From a virus, in the IMG/VR virus record IMGVR_UViG_3300010885_020782, positions 63,376-127,375 of that record: DNA of 64,000 nt; one strand, 5' to 3'. Shown piece by piece: positions 46,947-56,086 of the stretch. The notes under the pieces are model-generated. The model saw only the letters and a list, made by a program, of their open reading frames with translations. It was not told the origin of the DNA and ran no database searches. Both the position numbers and the translations under genes were made by a program. Position 1 is the first letter of the stretch; each line of letters starts with the position of its first letter.

Positions 46947-48992
46947 ATGTCTGTCTCATTTTCTTTCAAACTTTCCGAAGAATTCGTAGGCGGGTATAAA
47001 GAAAGAAAAGCCCCATTCGGTTATCGAGATGCAGCGGGGAATTCTGTTGGAGAAATTACTTTTCTTCGCACATACTCTCGTTTAAAAGAAGATGGCACAA
47101 AAGAAACATGGACAGATGTTTGTGAGCGCGTAATCAATGGAATGTATTCAATCCAGAAAGACCACGCTAAATCACAGCGACTTCCTTGGAATGACTCTAA
47201 GGCTCAGGCATCTGCTAAAGAAGCATTCGAGCGTTTGTATGAATTAAAGTGGTCACCCCCAGGGCGCGGGCTTTGGGTTATGGGAACACCACTTGTTAAT
47301 ACACAACGCAACTCTGCTGCATTACAAAATTGTGCATTTGTTTCAACAAAAGAAATGACAAAGAACGACCCTGCTAAACCTTTTACTTTCCTTATGGAAG
47401 CATCAATGCTTGGTGTTGGTGTTGGCTTTGATGACAAGGGTGCCGACAAAGAATTTACAATTTATGCGCCACAAGGAGAAGAGACATATGTCGTTCCAGA
47501 CACTAGAGAAGGGTGGGTCAAAACACTTGAACTCATCATCAATGCTTACCTACGACCAGATACGAAGGCTCCAATATTTGATTACTCAGAAGTCCGTCCA
47601 GAGGGAACGCCAATTAAAACTTTTGGTGGAACAGCAGCAGGACCAGAACCGTTAGAGCGTCTTGTAAACCACATTACTAAGTTGTTCTCAGGTCGCGCAG
47701 GAGAGAAAGTAACTCGTCGTGATATTGCAGACATTGGAAATATGATTGGTGTTTGCGTTGTATCAGGCAACGTTCGTCGCTCTGCTGAACTTCTTATTGG
47801 TCGCATTGATGACCCAGATTTTCTTAACTTGAAGAATCCAGAGATTTATCCAGAACGTAACTCTTATGACCCAAAGAATCCAGGCTGGGCTTGGATGTCT
47901 AACAACTCTGTAGAGGCTTATGTTGGTGCAAACCTTGACCCTATTGTTGATGGCATTGCTCGTAACGGGGAGCCAGGAGTTATTTGGTTAGATGTATCTC
48001 GTCAATATGGTCGCTTGGTTGACCCACCTAACAACAAAGATTATCGCGTTGAAGGTTACAACCCTTGCGCCGAGCAATCACTAGAGTCTTATGAAATGTG
48101 CACACTTGTTGAAACATACCTCAACCGTCACGAAACTCTTGAGGATTACAAGCGCACACTCAAGTTTGCATATCTTTATGCCAAGACTGTGACACTTTTG
48201 CCTACCCACTGGGCGGAGACAAATGCAATTATGCAGCGTAATCGTCGCATTGGGACTTCAATGTCAGGCGTAGCAAACTTTGCAGATAACCGTGGACTCC
48301 CAAAGTTGCGTGAATGGATGGATAAAGGATACGAGACAATTAAGTATTACGATACTAATTACTCTGAATGGCTTGGAATCCGTGAATCTATCAAGACAAC
48401 AACCATTAAGCCTTCTGGCACAGTTTCTATTCTCGCTGGTGAAAGTCCTGGCGTACATTGGACTCCTGGCGGTAAGTATTTTATGCGTACCATTCGCTTT
48501 GCTAATTCGGACCCTATGCTTCCGTTATTTAAGATGGCGAACTACAAAGTTGAACCAGCATCGGAATCACCAAACACTACATCGGTTGTTTATTTTCCAA
48601 TCAAGTCTGAGTCCAAGAGGGCTGAGAAAGATGTCTCAATCTACGAAAAGATGGCGCTAGCAGCATACGCACAGCGCTACTGGTCAGATAACTCTGTATC
48701 AGTAACTATCTCTTTCAATCCTGAAACAGAATCAGAAGCGGTTGGAACTGTTCTCCATCTTTATGATGGTCAACTTAAGACTGTTTCATTCCTACCTTCA
48801 GGTAACTTTACCTATCCTCAAATGCCTTACACACAAATAACAGAGGCAGACTACGAGGAAGAAGGCGTGATGAAGTTGTTCCCAATTGATTTCTCTGGTG
48901 TCTATGCAGGAATGGCTGCCGATGCAATTGGTGAGGCTTATTGCACTACAGACGCTTGTGAGGTAAAGTTGATTAGCGAGAACATTAAGTAA
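46947..48992 (+). CDS. nrdJ: Class II (adenosylcobalamin) ribonucleotide reductase, RTPR type
   Basis: PPGRGLW, LQNC, GNVRRSA, NPCAEQSL, TTIKPSGTVS and C-terminal CTTDAC. Confidence 0.95.
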   Translation: MSVSFSFKLSEEFVGGYKERKAPFGYRDAAGNSVGEITFLRTYSRLKEDGTKETWTDVCERVINGMYSIQKDHAKSQRLPWNDSKAQASAKEAFERLYELKWSPPGRGLWVMGTPLVNTQRNSAALQNCAFVSTKEMTKNDPAKPFTFLMEASMLGVGVGFDDKGADKEFTIYAPQGEETYVVPDTREGWVKTLELIINAYLRPDTKAPIFDYSEVRPEGTPIKTFGGTAAGPEPLERLVNHITKLFSGRAGEKVTRRDIADIGNMIGVCVVSGNVRRSAELLIGRIDDPDFLNLKNPEIYPERNSYDPKNPGWAWMSNNSVEAYVGANLDPIVDGIARNGEPGVIWLDVSRQYGRLVDPPNNKDYRVEGYNPCAEQSLESYEMCTLVETYLNRHETLEDYKRTLKFAYLYAKTVTLLPTHWAETNAIMQRNRRIGTSMSGVANFADNRGLPKLREWMDKGYETIKYYDTNYSEWLGIRESIKTTTIKPSGTVSILAGESPGVHWTPGGKYFMRTIRFANSDPMLPLFKMANYKVEPASESPNTTSVVYFPIKSESKRAEKDVSIYEKMALAAYAQRYWSDNSVSVTISFNPETESEAVGTVLHLYDGQLKTVSFLPSGNFTYPQMPYTQITEADYEEEGVMKLFPIDFSGVYAGMAADAIGEAYCTTDACEVKLISENIK

Positions 48993-49101
48993 TGGAATCC
49001 TTAGCCATCCTTGCTATTGGAGTCTATCTTCTCCTACCTATTTTAATTGTGACCGCTCTGGTAGTATTCATGTTCAGAACGGTGAAGAAAATGGAGAAAA
49101 A

Positions 49102-49485
49102 ATGAGCGTTCAACATAAGCACATACTTATCAACGCACAAATCACTAACCCACTAAATACCTACCAAGAGGCTATTGATTTTCTTGATGACCTTATTGAG
49201 TCTATTGGGATGAAGAAGTTAATGGGTCCATTAGCAGAATATGTAAAAACTCCAGGAAATCAAGGAGTAACTGCAATTGTTGGTATTGAAACTAGCCACA
49301 TTGCTTTTCATATCTGGGATGAGAATATGCCAGCACGTCTTCAGTTCGACCTTTACACCTGTGGACCTTTAGATAAAGCATTGGTATTAGATAAGGTAAT
49401 TAAGCGTTTTGATGTTATTGGCGGAGATTATCGTATATATGACCGTGAAACAGGCTTTCTTTTGCTTGAAGAGGGCAAACTCTAA
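49102..49485 (+). CDS. speD: S-adenosylmethionine decarboxylase proenzyme family
   Basis: GVTAIVGIETSHIAFH.W..DLYTCG. Confidence 0.85.
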   Translation: MSVQHKHILINAQITNPLNTYQEAIDFLDDLIESIGMKKLMGPLAEYVKTPGNQGVTAIVGIETSHIAFHIWDENMPARLQFDLYTCGPLDKALVLDKVIKRFDVIGGDYRIYDRETGFLLLEEGKL

Positions 49486-49748
49486 AAGCCATTCTCACTA
49501 CGTCCTTCTACCCGTAAAATAGTAGGTATGTTTAATTCTTTGATTATGTTTATAAAATATATTGGTGGCGCTTGTCTAGTAGGTTATCTTTTGGCTCAAG
49601 CAATTATTCTTTTTACAAAGGATGATGAGTAGCCAAAGTGCTACCCTACTCTTATGTGTAGCGATAGTTGGTTAGCCATATTCCTTCCATTTCTTGGAAT
49701 GGCTTGCGGAATGACGGTTATGTATATTTGGATGAAATACAGTAAGTA

Positions 49749-49928
49749 ATGGCAACATACGAATACGAATGCGACGAAGGACATTACAACATTCAAGAGC
49801 GTCCTATGGCTGAAGAACAAACAATTCACACTTGTTCTGCTCCAGAATGTAATGCCAATCTAAAACGTATTTATAATTCTCCTCCAGCAATGTTTAAAGG
49901 TCGTGGCTTCTACTCAACCGGAGGGTAA
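49749..49928 (+). CDS. FmdB-family zinc-ribbon protein
   Basis: Manual translation MATYEYEC..C..C..FKGRGFYSTGG. Confidence 0.8.
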   Translation: MATYEYECDEGHYNIQERPMAEEQTIHTCSAPECNANLKRIYNSPPAMFKGRGFYSTGG

Positions 49929-50047
49929 GTGGACTACTACGAAGCAGAGAAGAAAAGATTGAAGCAGTGGCAATGTTTCTACTGCAAAAAAATGTTTGTT
50001 GTGCCAGACTTAGCACGTCAGTGCGAGTCAAAGCACGAAGCGAACGA

Positions 50048-50120
50048 TGACCTGTAACTCAGTTGGCAGAGTGAGCGACTGTTAATCGCTATGTCGGAGG
50101 TTCGAGCCCTCCCAGGTCAG
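50048..50120 (+). tRNA. tRNA-Asn(GTT)
   Basis: TGACCTG/CAGGTCA acceptor, AGCGA-CTGTTAA-TCGCT anticodon arm, GTTCGA T-loop. Confidence 0.95.
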
Positions 50121-50130
50121 CAAGTTGTTA

Positions 50131-50286
50131 CTACTTAGTGTTTGGAACACGCACCATCTTGTGACGCCCACGGCGCTCGTCAAAGACCATAGTCTTAATA
50201 AACTTTTTATATGCCTTCCCGTTGGGACGGTTAGCACCTGTCTGCGCTTTTGCGGGAGTCGCTGCTCCACCTTTTCCTTTAGCCAT
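50131..50286 (-). CDS. Small basic protein (51 aa)
   Basis: Manual translation MAKGKGGAATPAK..RPNGKAYKK..; SD GAGGTAGG. Confidence 0.65.
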   Translation of the reverse strand: MAKGKGGAATPAKAQTGANRPNGKAYKKFIKTMVFDERRGRHKMVRVPNTK

Positions 50287-50390
50287 GAAATAATCCTACC
50301 TCATTTTTTGTTATACTAGGTGAACCACAGCCAAACGGTGTGGGAATAAACCGCTATCGCCTAACGGGGTAGCAGAAAGTAGGCACAACC

Positions 50391-50876
50391 ATGTCTAAAG
50401 AAGTAAGTAATTATCAGACATACATCACATCCCCTTCAGTAACAACAACCACGGTCAACTCTTCATTTGACAACTGGCTCCCAAAAATCAACAACTGGGC
50501 CATTGGATTTGACCGCCACTGGGATATGTTAAACAACTTCCACAACTCAGTAACAACAACCTCTTATCCTCCATACAACATTATCAAGGTTGATGAGGAT
50601 GATTACACAATCGAGATGGCAGTTGCTGGTTTTTCAAAGAACGATATTGAAATTGTTCAACAGGAACAGACATTGACCATTGAAGGTAAAAAGGACAAAG
50701 AGGACACAAGCAACTATGTCCACCGAGGAATTGCTGCTAGAGACTTTAAACATACTTTTGCTTTGGCAGATTATGTAGAAGTAGAGTCAGCAAAATTTAC
50801 AGACGGAATTCTCTCTGTCAAGATTAAAAGAGAAGTTCCCGAAGAGAAGAAACCTCGCACCATTACTGTAAAGTAA
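50391..50876 (+). CDS. hsp20: Small heat-shock protein Hsp20
   Basis: SYPPYNI..IEMAVAGF..HRGIA.RDF..F.LA..A..DGIL. Confidence 0.95.
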   Translation: MSKEVSNYQTYITSPSVTTTTVNSSFDNWLPKINNWAIGFDRHWDMLNNFHNSVTTTSYPPYNIIKVDEDDYTIEMAVAGFSKNDIEIVQQEQTLTIEGKKDKEDTSNYVHRGIAARDFKHTFALADYVEVESAKFTDGILSVKIKREVPEEKKPRTITVK

Positions 50877-50885
50877 GTCTTAAGT

Positions 50886-50966
50886 GCTGAGGGGGATTCC
50901 CTCTCCTATAGAGGATTTCCCTAACGTGCCTCAGCCTTACGACCTGAGCAAGTCGTAAAACTGCTC
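50886..50966 (+). ncRNA. Candidate structured RNA: branched hairpin plus H-type pseudoknot
   Basis: GCTGAGG/CCTCAGC with inner GGGA/TCCC and CCTCT/AGAGG; then (TT)ACGAC/GTCGT(AA), whose loop GAGCA pairs with TGCTC. Confidence 0.5.
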
Positions 50967-50970
50967 CAAC

Positions 50971-51041
50971 GCGAGTGTTGCATAATGGTAGTGCATCTGC
51001 CTTCCAAGCAGATAGTGCCAGTTCGATTCTGGTCACTCGCT
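50971..51041 (+). tRNA. tRNA-Gly(TCC)
   Basis: GCGAGTG/CACTCGC acceptor, TCTGC-CTTCCAA-GCAGA anticodon arm. Confidence 0.95.
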
Positions 51042-51081
51042 CACAGCCACTTTTTTCTTTGTTCTAACATAGACTACAAAC

Positions 51082-51870
51082 ATGATTAATAATCCATACG
51101 AAGGTGTCTCTGAAGAGATTAAAGAGACGTTAGACTCTCTTATTTCTTCTAAAGATTTCTACCATAACACCCATAGGCGTCGTATGGCAAGGACCCTGCA
51201 AGTTCTCCTAGACCAAAACCCTAAAGGTTCCATACTTGAAATAGGAACATCTCACTTAATGCCTCTAGCACTAGAGCGTCTTCTCCCAGAGTTAGAAGTC
51301 TTTGTTACTGACTTTGATTTAGATAAAGAGACTGTGGGGGACATAACTATCTCTCTTAACGGTTTTTCAAAAGTAGTCCACTGCGCTCGTGTAAATATTG
51401 AAAATGAGCCTCTACCATTTTTAGACAACAGTTTTGATTATGTCCTCTGCTCCGAAGTCCTTGAGCATATGGAAGTGGACCCTATGTATATGCTTGCTGA
51501 ACTTAATCGAGTGACAAAAGAATTAGGGACTCTAATTCTTACCACCCCTAATGCAGTGAGCACTTGGTCTATTACAAAAATGCTTAGAGGTGTTGAGCCT
51601 TATTTTTATATGCAGTATCGCCGTGACGGTTCTCCAAACCGACACAACTACGAATACAGCATTCATAGTACTATGCAAGTTGTTAAAGCAGCAGGTTTTG
51701 ATGGAACCATTTGGACAGAGAATTCTTTTGAAGAACCTAATTACACCGACATCCACAAACTACAAGCAGCGGGCTATCAACTCAATCACTTGGGGGATAA
51801 CATATTTACCATCGCTCATAAGAAGAGTGGCGTTGTTGACAGATACCCGAAAGTGATATACGCAGACTAA
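51082..51870 (+). CDS. Class I SAM-dependent methyltransferase (type 11-like), leaderless
   Basis: ILEIGT, LPFLDNSFDYVLCSEVLEH, LILTTPN. Confidence 0.85.
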   Translation: MINNPYEGVSEEIKETLDSLISSKDFYHNTHRRRMARTLQVLLDQNPKGSILEIGTSHLMPLALERLLPELEVFVTDFDLDKETVGDITISLNGFSKVVHCARVNIENEPLPFLDNSFDYVLCSEVLEHMEVDPMYMLAELNRVTKELGTLILTTPNAVSTWSITKMLRGVEPYFYMQYRRDGSPNRHNYEYSIHSTMQVVKAAGFDGTIWTENSFEEPNYTDIHKLQAAGYQLNHLGDNIFTIAHKKSGVVDRYPKVIYAD

Positions 51871-52814
51871 TGAAATACACATACCCAACCTTTGAAGAAT
51901 TAGGCGGAAGGATTAAAGACCTTCGTCGCTTTGTTAAAGCAGATGACAAGTTTTGGTCCGCCACCAACCCCTCCATAGGTAAGTCTGGTCGTAAGGGATA
52001 CGCTCTTTCAATTCGTTCAAGTAACTATGTAATTACTCCAAATGGAGCCTACACAGTAACAACTTCTACAGGAACTATTAAAAGTAACTTTTGGTTTGCT
52101 GACTTAGATAAAAACTTTGATATAAAAGACTTGCGTCAGATTGATACATCTAAGTTGGATATTGCTGTTGTTCGTGGTTTAGAGGACCCTAAACTTATCT
52201 GGGACAAAGACCACTGGAAATTTACTGCCGTTATGATGGAAGCGCATACCCCTGTGGCACGGATGGTTATAGGTCATCTTGATAAGAAAGCAACTAAAGT
52301 TGTTTCAGTAGAGAAGTTTCCAGGCATTGATGTGAAACGCCCAGAGAAGAACTGGATGGCACCACCTGAACTAAACCCTAACTTTGATTTTATCTATGGC
52401 CCTAACGCAACTATTAAAGATGGCGTTCTTTCTACTTGGATGACCGACCACCCAGACATATCTGCTCTGCGTGGAAACACTAATCTTTTACAGTTAGATG
52501 ATGGAACATACTTAGCGGTTGTTCATCGTATGTGGGGAAAAACAGAGAACTTATTCTCGCGTCAAACTTTTAGCACTGTGAGTAGTCATCATAGAAACTA
52601 TGCACATCACTTTGCACAATACGACCAAAAAGGTCACATTATTGCTTTATCTGCTGGCTTTCACTTTTTTCAATCAGGAGTCGAGTTTGCTGCTGGAATA
52701 GTAGCAACTGATAAAGAGTTTGTCATCTCTTACGGAAGTAAAGATGTTTCATCACATCTAGCATTTATGTCTAAAGAATTAGTTCTCAAATCACTAGTAG
52801 CGATTACATACTAA
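51870..52814 (+). CDS. Beta-propeller glycosidase-like protein (GH43/GH130 clan-like)
   Basis: ATNPSI, GLEDPKL, PEKNWM, VEFAAG, ISYG..D. Confidence 0.6.
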   Translation: MKYTYPTFEELGGRIKDLRRFVKADDKFWSATNPSIGKSGRKGYALSIRSSNYVITPNGAYTVTTSTGTIKSNFWFADLDKNFDIKDLRQIDTSKLDIAVVRGLEDPKLIWDKDHWKFTAVMMEAHTPVARMVIGHLDKKATKVVSVEKFPGIDVKRPEKNWMAPPELNPNFDFIYGPNATIKDGVLSTWMTDHPDISALRGNTNLLQLDDGTYLAVVHRMWGKTENLFSRQTFSTVSSHHRNYAHHFAQYDQKGHIIALSAGFHFFQSGVEFAAGIVATDKEFVISYGSKDVSSHLAFMSKELVLKSLVAITY

Positions 52815-52816
52815 AA

Positions 52817-53053
52817 TTGGCTATGAGCAAAATGGCCTACGAGACCGACACAGACACTCGCGTAGATACAGATAGCGGTGACCATGACCGTTTTGCTCAC
52901 TACGTTGATAAGGACGAAGTCACAGAGGCGTTGATAAATGGTTACCCAGTTATCGCCCTCTGCGGCAAAGTCTGGGTTCCGTCCCGTGACCCCGAGAAGT
53001 ATCCAATCTGTCCAGTCTGCAAAGAGGAATATGAAAAGATGGGAAACCTATAG
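52817..53053 (+). CDS. DUF3039 protein (actinobacterial family)
   Basis: GDHDRFAHYV..G.PVIALCGKVWVP.RDPEKYPICP.CKE.YE. Confidence 0.9.
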   Translation: MAMSKMAYETDTDTRVDTDSGDHDRFAHYVDKDEVTEALINGYPVIALCGKVWVPSRDPEKYPICPVCKEEYEKMGNL

Positions 53054-53289
53054 TGGTTGCTGTAATCCAAGAAGAGAAAGTTCTATCTCCTAAAGACCGT
53101 TGCGATAGGTGCATTGCACAAGCAAAGTTTTTAGTATTTCTTTCATCAGGTGAACTTTACTTTTGTGGACACCACTTCTACGAACACGAGACTGCTCTAG
53201 TAGACATTGCCTCTGACATCTTTGATGAGACAGATGTTATTCCAGCGGACCCTTTGGATACGGAAGAACCTGATACCGAAGTTTCCTAA
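53053..53289 (+). CDS. Small actinobacterial zinc-binding protein (DUF7455-like)
   Basis: DRCDRC.AQA..GEL.FCGHH..H. Confidence 0.8.
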   Translation: MVAVIQEEKVLSPKDRCDRCIAQAKFLVFLSSGELYFCGHHFYEHETALVDIASDIFDETDVIPADPLDTEEPDTEVS

Positions 53290-53875
53290 CTAACTCTTTG
53301 CGTCTTGTCTTACTGCAATTAAAGTAGATATATCGGTGCTTACGAGGTCGGTCTACAAAGTAAACATTCTCTGCCCCAAACTTCTCAATAACTTCTGCAT
53401 TTGTTAATCCGTTGGCGTATGTAGCATGGTGCTGATTTTCTTTACCCTTTACCTTCGGGTCACGAAACTTTGACGACAATCCTGTGTATAAGAAGTTTGC
53501 TGCTTGATAAATAATGCCAACGTGCCCTTGAGATGTATCTGCAAAAGAAACAATAATTTCTTTGTTGAGCCTTTTCATACTGTTGGAGACTAAGTAACTC
53601 TCCCCGTTCTTAGGGACTTTATCATCCACCCATAAGCGGTTGAGTTCATAGACATTCTGGTATTCCTCTGGACCACATATTCCTCTGAGAAGAGTAGAAG
53701 ATGGACTAACTCCATAAGTAACAACACCACAACATTCACTACTATCCCCAACCTTGAATAGCCCAAAGGCATGACTAACAGGGCATTTACGATGTAAGTA
53801 ATGTTTTTCTACAACTATTTCCATAGCAAACTGGTAAGAAATAGGTAGGACTTCGTATTCCTCTTTGAAACCCAT
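53237..53875 (-). CDS. mom: Mom-like DNA-modification protein (GNAT fold)
   Basis: HYLHR..FGL..GVVTYG..YELNRLW..ES..S..IVSFAD..GHVG.IYQA.NF.YTG. Confidence 0.8.
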   Translation of the reverse strand: MGFKEEYEVLPISYQFAMEIVVEKHYLHRKCPVSHAFGLFKVGDSSECCGVVTYGVSPSSTLLRGICGPEEYQNVYELNRLWVDDKVPKNGESYLVSNSMKRLNKEIIVSFADTSQGHVGIIYQAANFLYTGLSSKFRDPKVKGKENQHHATYANGLTNAEVIEKFGAENVYFVDRPRKHRYIYFNCSKTRRKELVRKLRYQVLPYPKGPLE

Positions 53876-53885
53876 GAGGAACTTC

Positions 53886-54287
53886 TTAACTATCTGAGTC
53901 GTCGTTTACCATTGAGAAACCAAATTTTTCACATTGAAGCATAAAAGAAAAATTCTGCCCTAAAATTTCAATACTTGCATTATCAATGCTTACAAATTTG
54001 TTTTCTTTATCAACATCAAAATATGAAGGCTCTGCGTATGTTGAGGATAGTTGATTAATAAAGTGATTTACAAAAAACTCAGGAGAAAGACCCATGTCAT
54101 CTGGCATAGGAGGATTAGATGCAATAGACATCCGTCCAGCAATAACTAATACCCACTCATTCTTCCGACCAGCCACATAAATATGTAGATTCCCAGTACT
54201 CGTATCAACACTCGCAATACTGGACCCCTGGAGTTCTTCATTAATCTGCTGCCAGATTTTTTGTGTTTGCTCATAACCCGCTATCAT
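53886..54287 (-). CDS. Hypothetical protein, leaderless
   Basis: TAGAGT 6 nt before ATG. Confidence 0.7.
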   Translation of the reverse strand: MIAGYEQTQKIWQQINEELQGSSIASVDTSTGNLHIYVAGRKNEWVLVIAGRMSIASNPPMPDDMGLSPEFFVNHFINQLSSTYAEPSYFDVDKENKFVSIDNASIEILGQNFSFMLQCEKFGFSMVNDDSDS

Positions 54288-54315
54288 TCCTCAACTCTAT
54301 CACTATACTTATATT

Positions 54316-54582
54316 ATGAACCCTCTTGAGGAAGATAGCAATTTTAAGAAGATTGTCTATGACAACGGTTTCATTTCGTCTGACCCTGCTTTTATAGGGG
54401 AGATTCTCGATGGTATGTATAAATATATCCACGAAAAGACGAAAATCCCACATAAGGAACTTTCTTTTTATCTACACAAACTAGAGGAACTTCTAGGCTC
54501 AGAAGATATGCAATCTTTTGGGCTTGATGACATTTGCGATTGGCTGCTTACATTGAGTCAACATCCAAACAACTTATCTTAA
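54316..54582 (+). CDS. Hypothetical protein, leaderless
   Basis: TATACT 6 nt before ATG. Confidence 0.7.
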   Translation: MNPLEEDSNFKKIVYDNGFISSDPAFIGEILDGMYKYIHEKTKIPHKELSFYLHKLEELLGSEDMQSFGLDDICDWLLTLSQHPNNLS

Positions 54583-54679
54583 AGTCAGGTAAGTAGTTTA
54601 CAACTTGCATCCCTATGTCTAAATGTGATGTAATACATACACGACGGAAAGACATACTTCCCTGAAAGGAAAAGAAAAA

Positions 54680-55261
54680 ATGACTAGCCCTTACTACAAG
54701 AGCAACATCACCCTACCAAAGGATGTAGTTGCAGCATTTAAAAAGATTGATGACGATGTCATCAAGCGAAATGAATATATTAAAGCCCTACGGAAAAACT
54801 CGTGGAGCCTTCAAGCCATTGCTGATGCAGCAGGTGGATTGACCCGTGAGCGAGTCCGACAGATTATTAATAATGACTACGAGAACGCAGATAAGTTACG
54901 AGCATCTGTCTCAGGACTTCCGATGCCACTACCCCCTCTTAAGCCTGTAAAGGTTCCAAGAGTTGTAATCAACCCGTCTGCCAAGACTATTTCACGATTA
55001 CTCGAACTTCAGCCACAAGCGCAGAAAGTTCGCTCGCACTCCCCTAAGTATCGTAAGCAAGCAGAGGAATACACATCTCTTATTAATTACGCACTTACTG
55101 TTGAGAAAGTCAATCTTAGTAACTTGGCTCGACATCTAGGAGTAACACATGGTTCACTACGATTCCGTTTGGCACGCTATGGATATTTGAAGAACCATAA
55201 CTCAGATAGCACTTGCTACAAGCCAATCTTAAAAAAGAATCGTTATGTCCTCCAGTCCTAA
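54680..55261 (+). CDS. Tandem-HTH DNA-binding protein (paralog 3)
   Basis: WSLQAIADAAGGLTRERVRQI and LSNLARHLGVTHGSLRFRLARYGY; close to 13599. Confidence 0.85.
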   Translation: MTSPYYKSNITLPKDVVAAFKKIDDDVIKRNEYIKALRKNSWSLQAIADAAGGLTRERVRQIINNDYENADKLRASVSGLPMPLPPLKPVKVPRVVINPSAKTISRLLELQPQAQKVRSHSPKYRKQAEEYTSLINYALTVEKVNLSNLARHLGVTHGSLRFRLARYGYLKNHNSDSTCYKPILKKNRYVLQS

Positions 55262-55434
55262 TGAACACTCACTCAAACCTAAGTTTGGTTGGGGTCACGA
55301 AGAAGCGCTACGCAATCAAAAAGAAGCGATTGCTGTGCAAGTTGAGCAACTTGAAGTTGATTCATCTTGGCGCCCAAACGAAGTAATTAGGTATGTAGCA
55401 CGACTAATTCGTAATCTTTAGTCCATCCGTCAAC

Positions 55435-55464
55435 GAGAAAGGCTCCCTTCGGGGGGCCTTTCTT
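55435..55464 (+). terminator. Intrinsic terminator
   Basis: AGAAAGGCTCCC-TTCG-GGGGGCCTTTCT. Confidence 0.75.
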
Positions 55465-55642
55465 ACTATAAACTGCATATATGGAACGACTAGACCACGA
55501 AGCGATAAAAGAAGCGCAAGAACAACGAGAGCAACTTGATAAGTTAGATGTTAAAGAGTTGTGGAAAAAATTAGATTTATTAATTCCAAAGGACCTAACT
55601 CAGGATTTGACAGCCTAAACAAAGAAAGGTAGCCTAGGGACA

Positions 55643-55927
55643 ATGACAAAAAAGACCTATGAAAAGTGCTCACACTGCTCTAAAAAATTAGAGCGCACAC
55701 CCTACGGAAACCCCGAGGATACTCTTCTAGTAAAACTAGATGGAGGCTACGCATCGTTTGTTGACACCATTGTTTGTAGCAGACAAGAACTTGCCACTTG
55801 GCCATTTACTCACCATCTCTGCCACGAGTGCGCCCACGAACTTATGGTGTGGCTCAATGTTCCACTCAACAAAATCAAACGCTGGCATCAAAAACAACCT
55901 GACGCTGATTACTGCGATGGTTGGTAA
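55643..55927 (+). CDS. Zinc-binding hypothetical protein
   Basis: CSHC..LCHEC; SD. Confidence 0.7.
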   Translation: MTKKTYEKCSHCSKKLERTPYGNPEDTLLVKLDGGYASFVDTIVCSRQELATWPFTHHLCHECAHELMVWLNVPLNKIKRWHQKQPDADYCDGW

Positions 55928-55934
55928 CTAACTG

Positions 55935-56005
55935 CTCCCGAACATGGACTCGAACCACAATTCACCGCTCCAGAGGCGGTTGTCTTGCCATTAGACGATT
56001 CGGGA
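55935..56005 (-). tRNA. tRNA-Gln(CTG)
   Basis: TCCCGAA/TTCGGGA acceptor, ACCGC-CTCTGGA-GCGGT anticodon arm. Confidence 0.95.
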
Positions 56006-56006
56006 A

Positions 56007-56082
56007 TGGAGCGGTTGACGGGGTTCGAACCCGCGACCTGAACCTTGGCAAGGTTCCGCGCTACCAACTGCGCTACAACCGC
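56007..56082 (-). tRNA. tRNA-Gly(GCC) with encoded CCA
   Basis: GCGGTTG/CAACCGC acceptor, GAACC-TTGCCAA-GGTTC anticodon arm, TCCA end. Confidence 0.97.
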
Positions 56083-56086
56083 GTAT

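Noticed and set aside
46947-48992. Intein or intron in nrdJ
   Set aside because: Length is normal for RTPR-type NrdJ; no Hint or LAGLIDADG motifs.
55935-56082. Prophage attachment site at the tRNAs
   Set aside because: No duplicated tRNA 3' end or host-like flanking DNA, and the recombinase is not an integrase-length enzyme.
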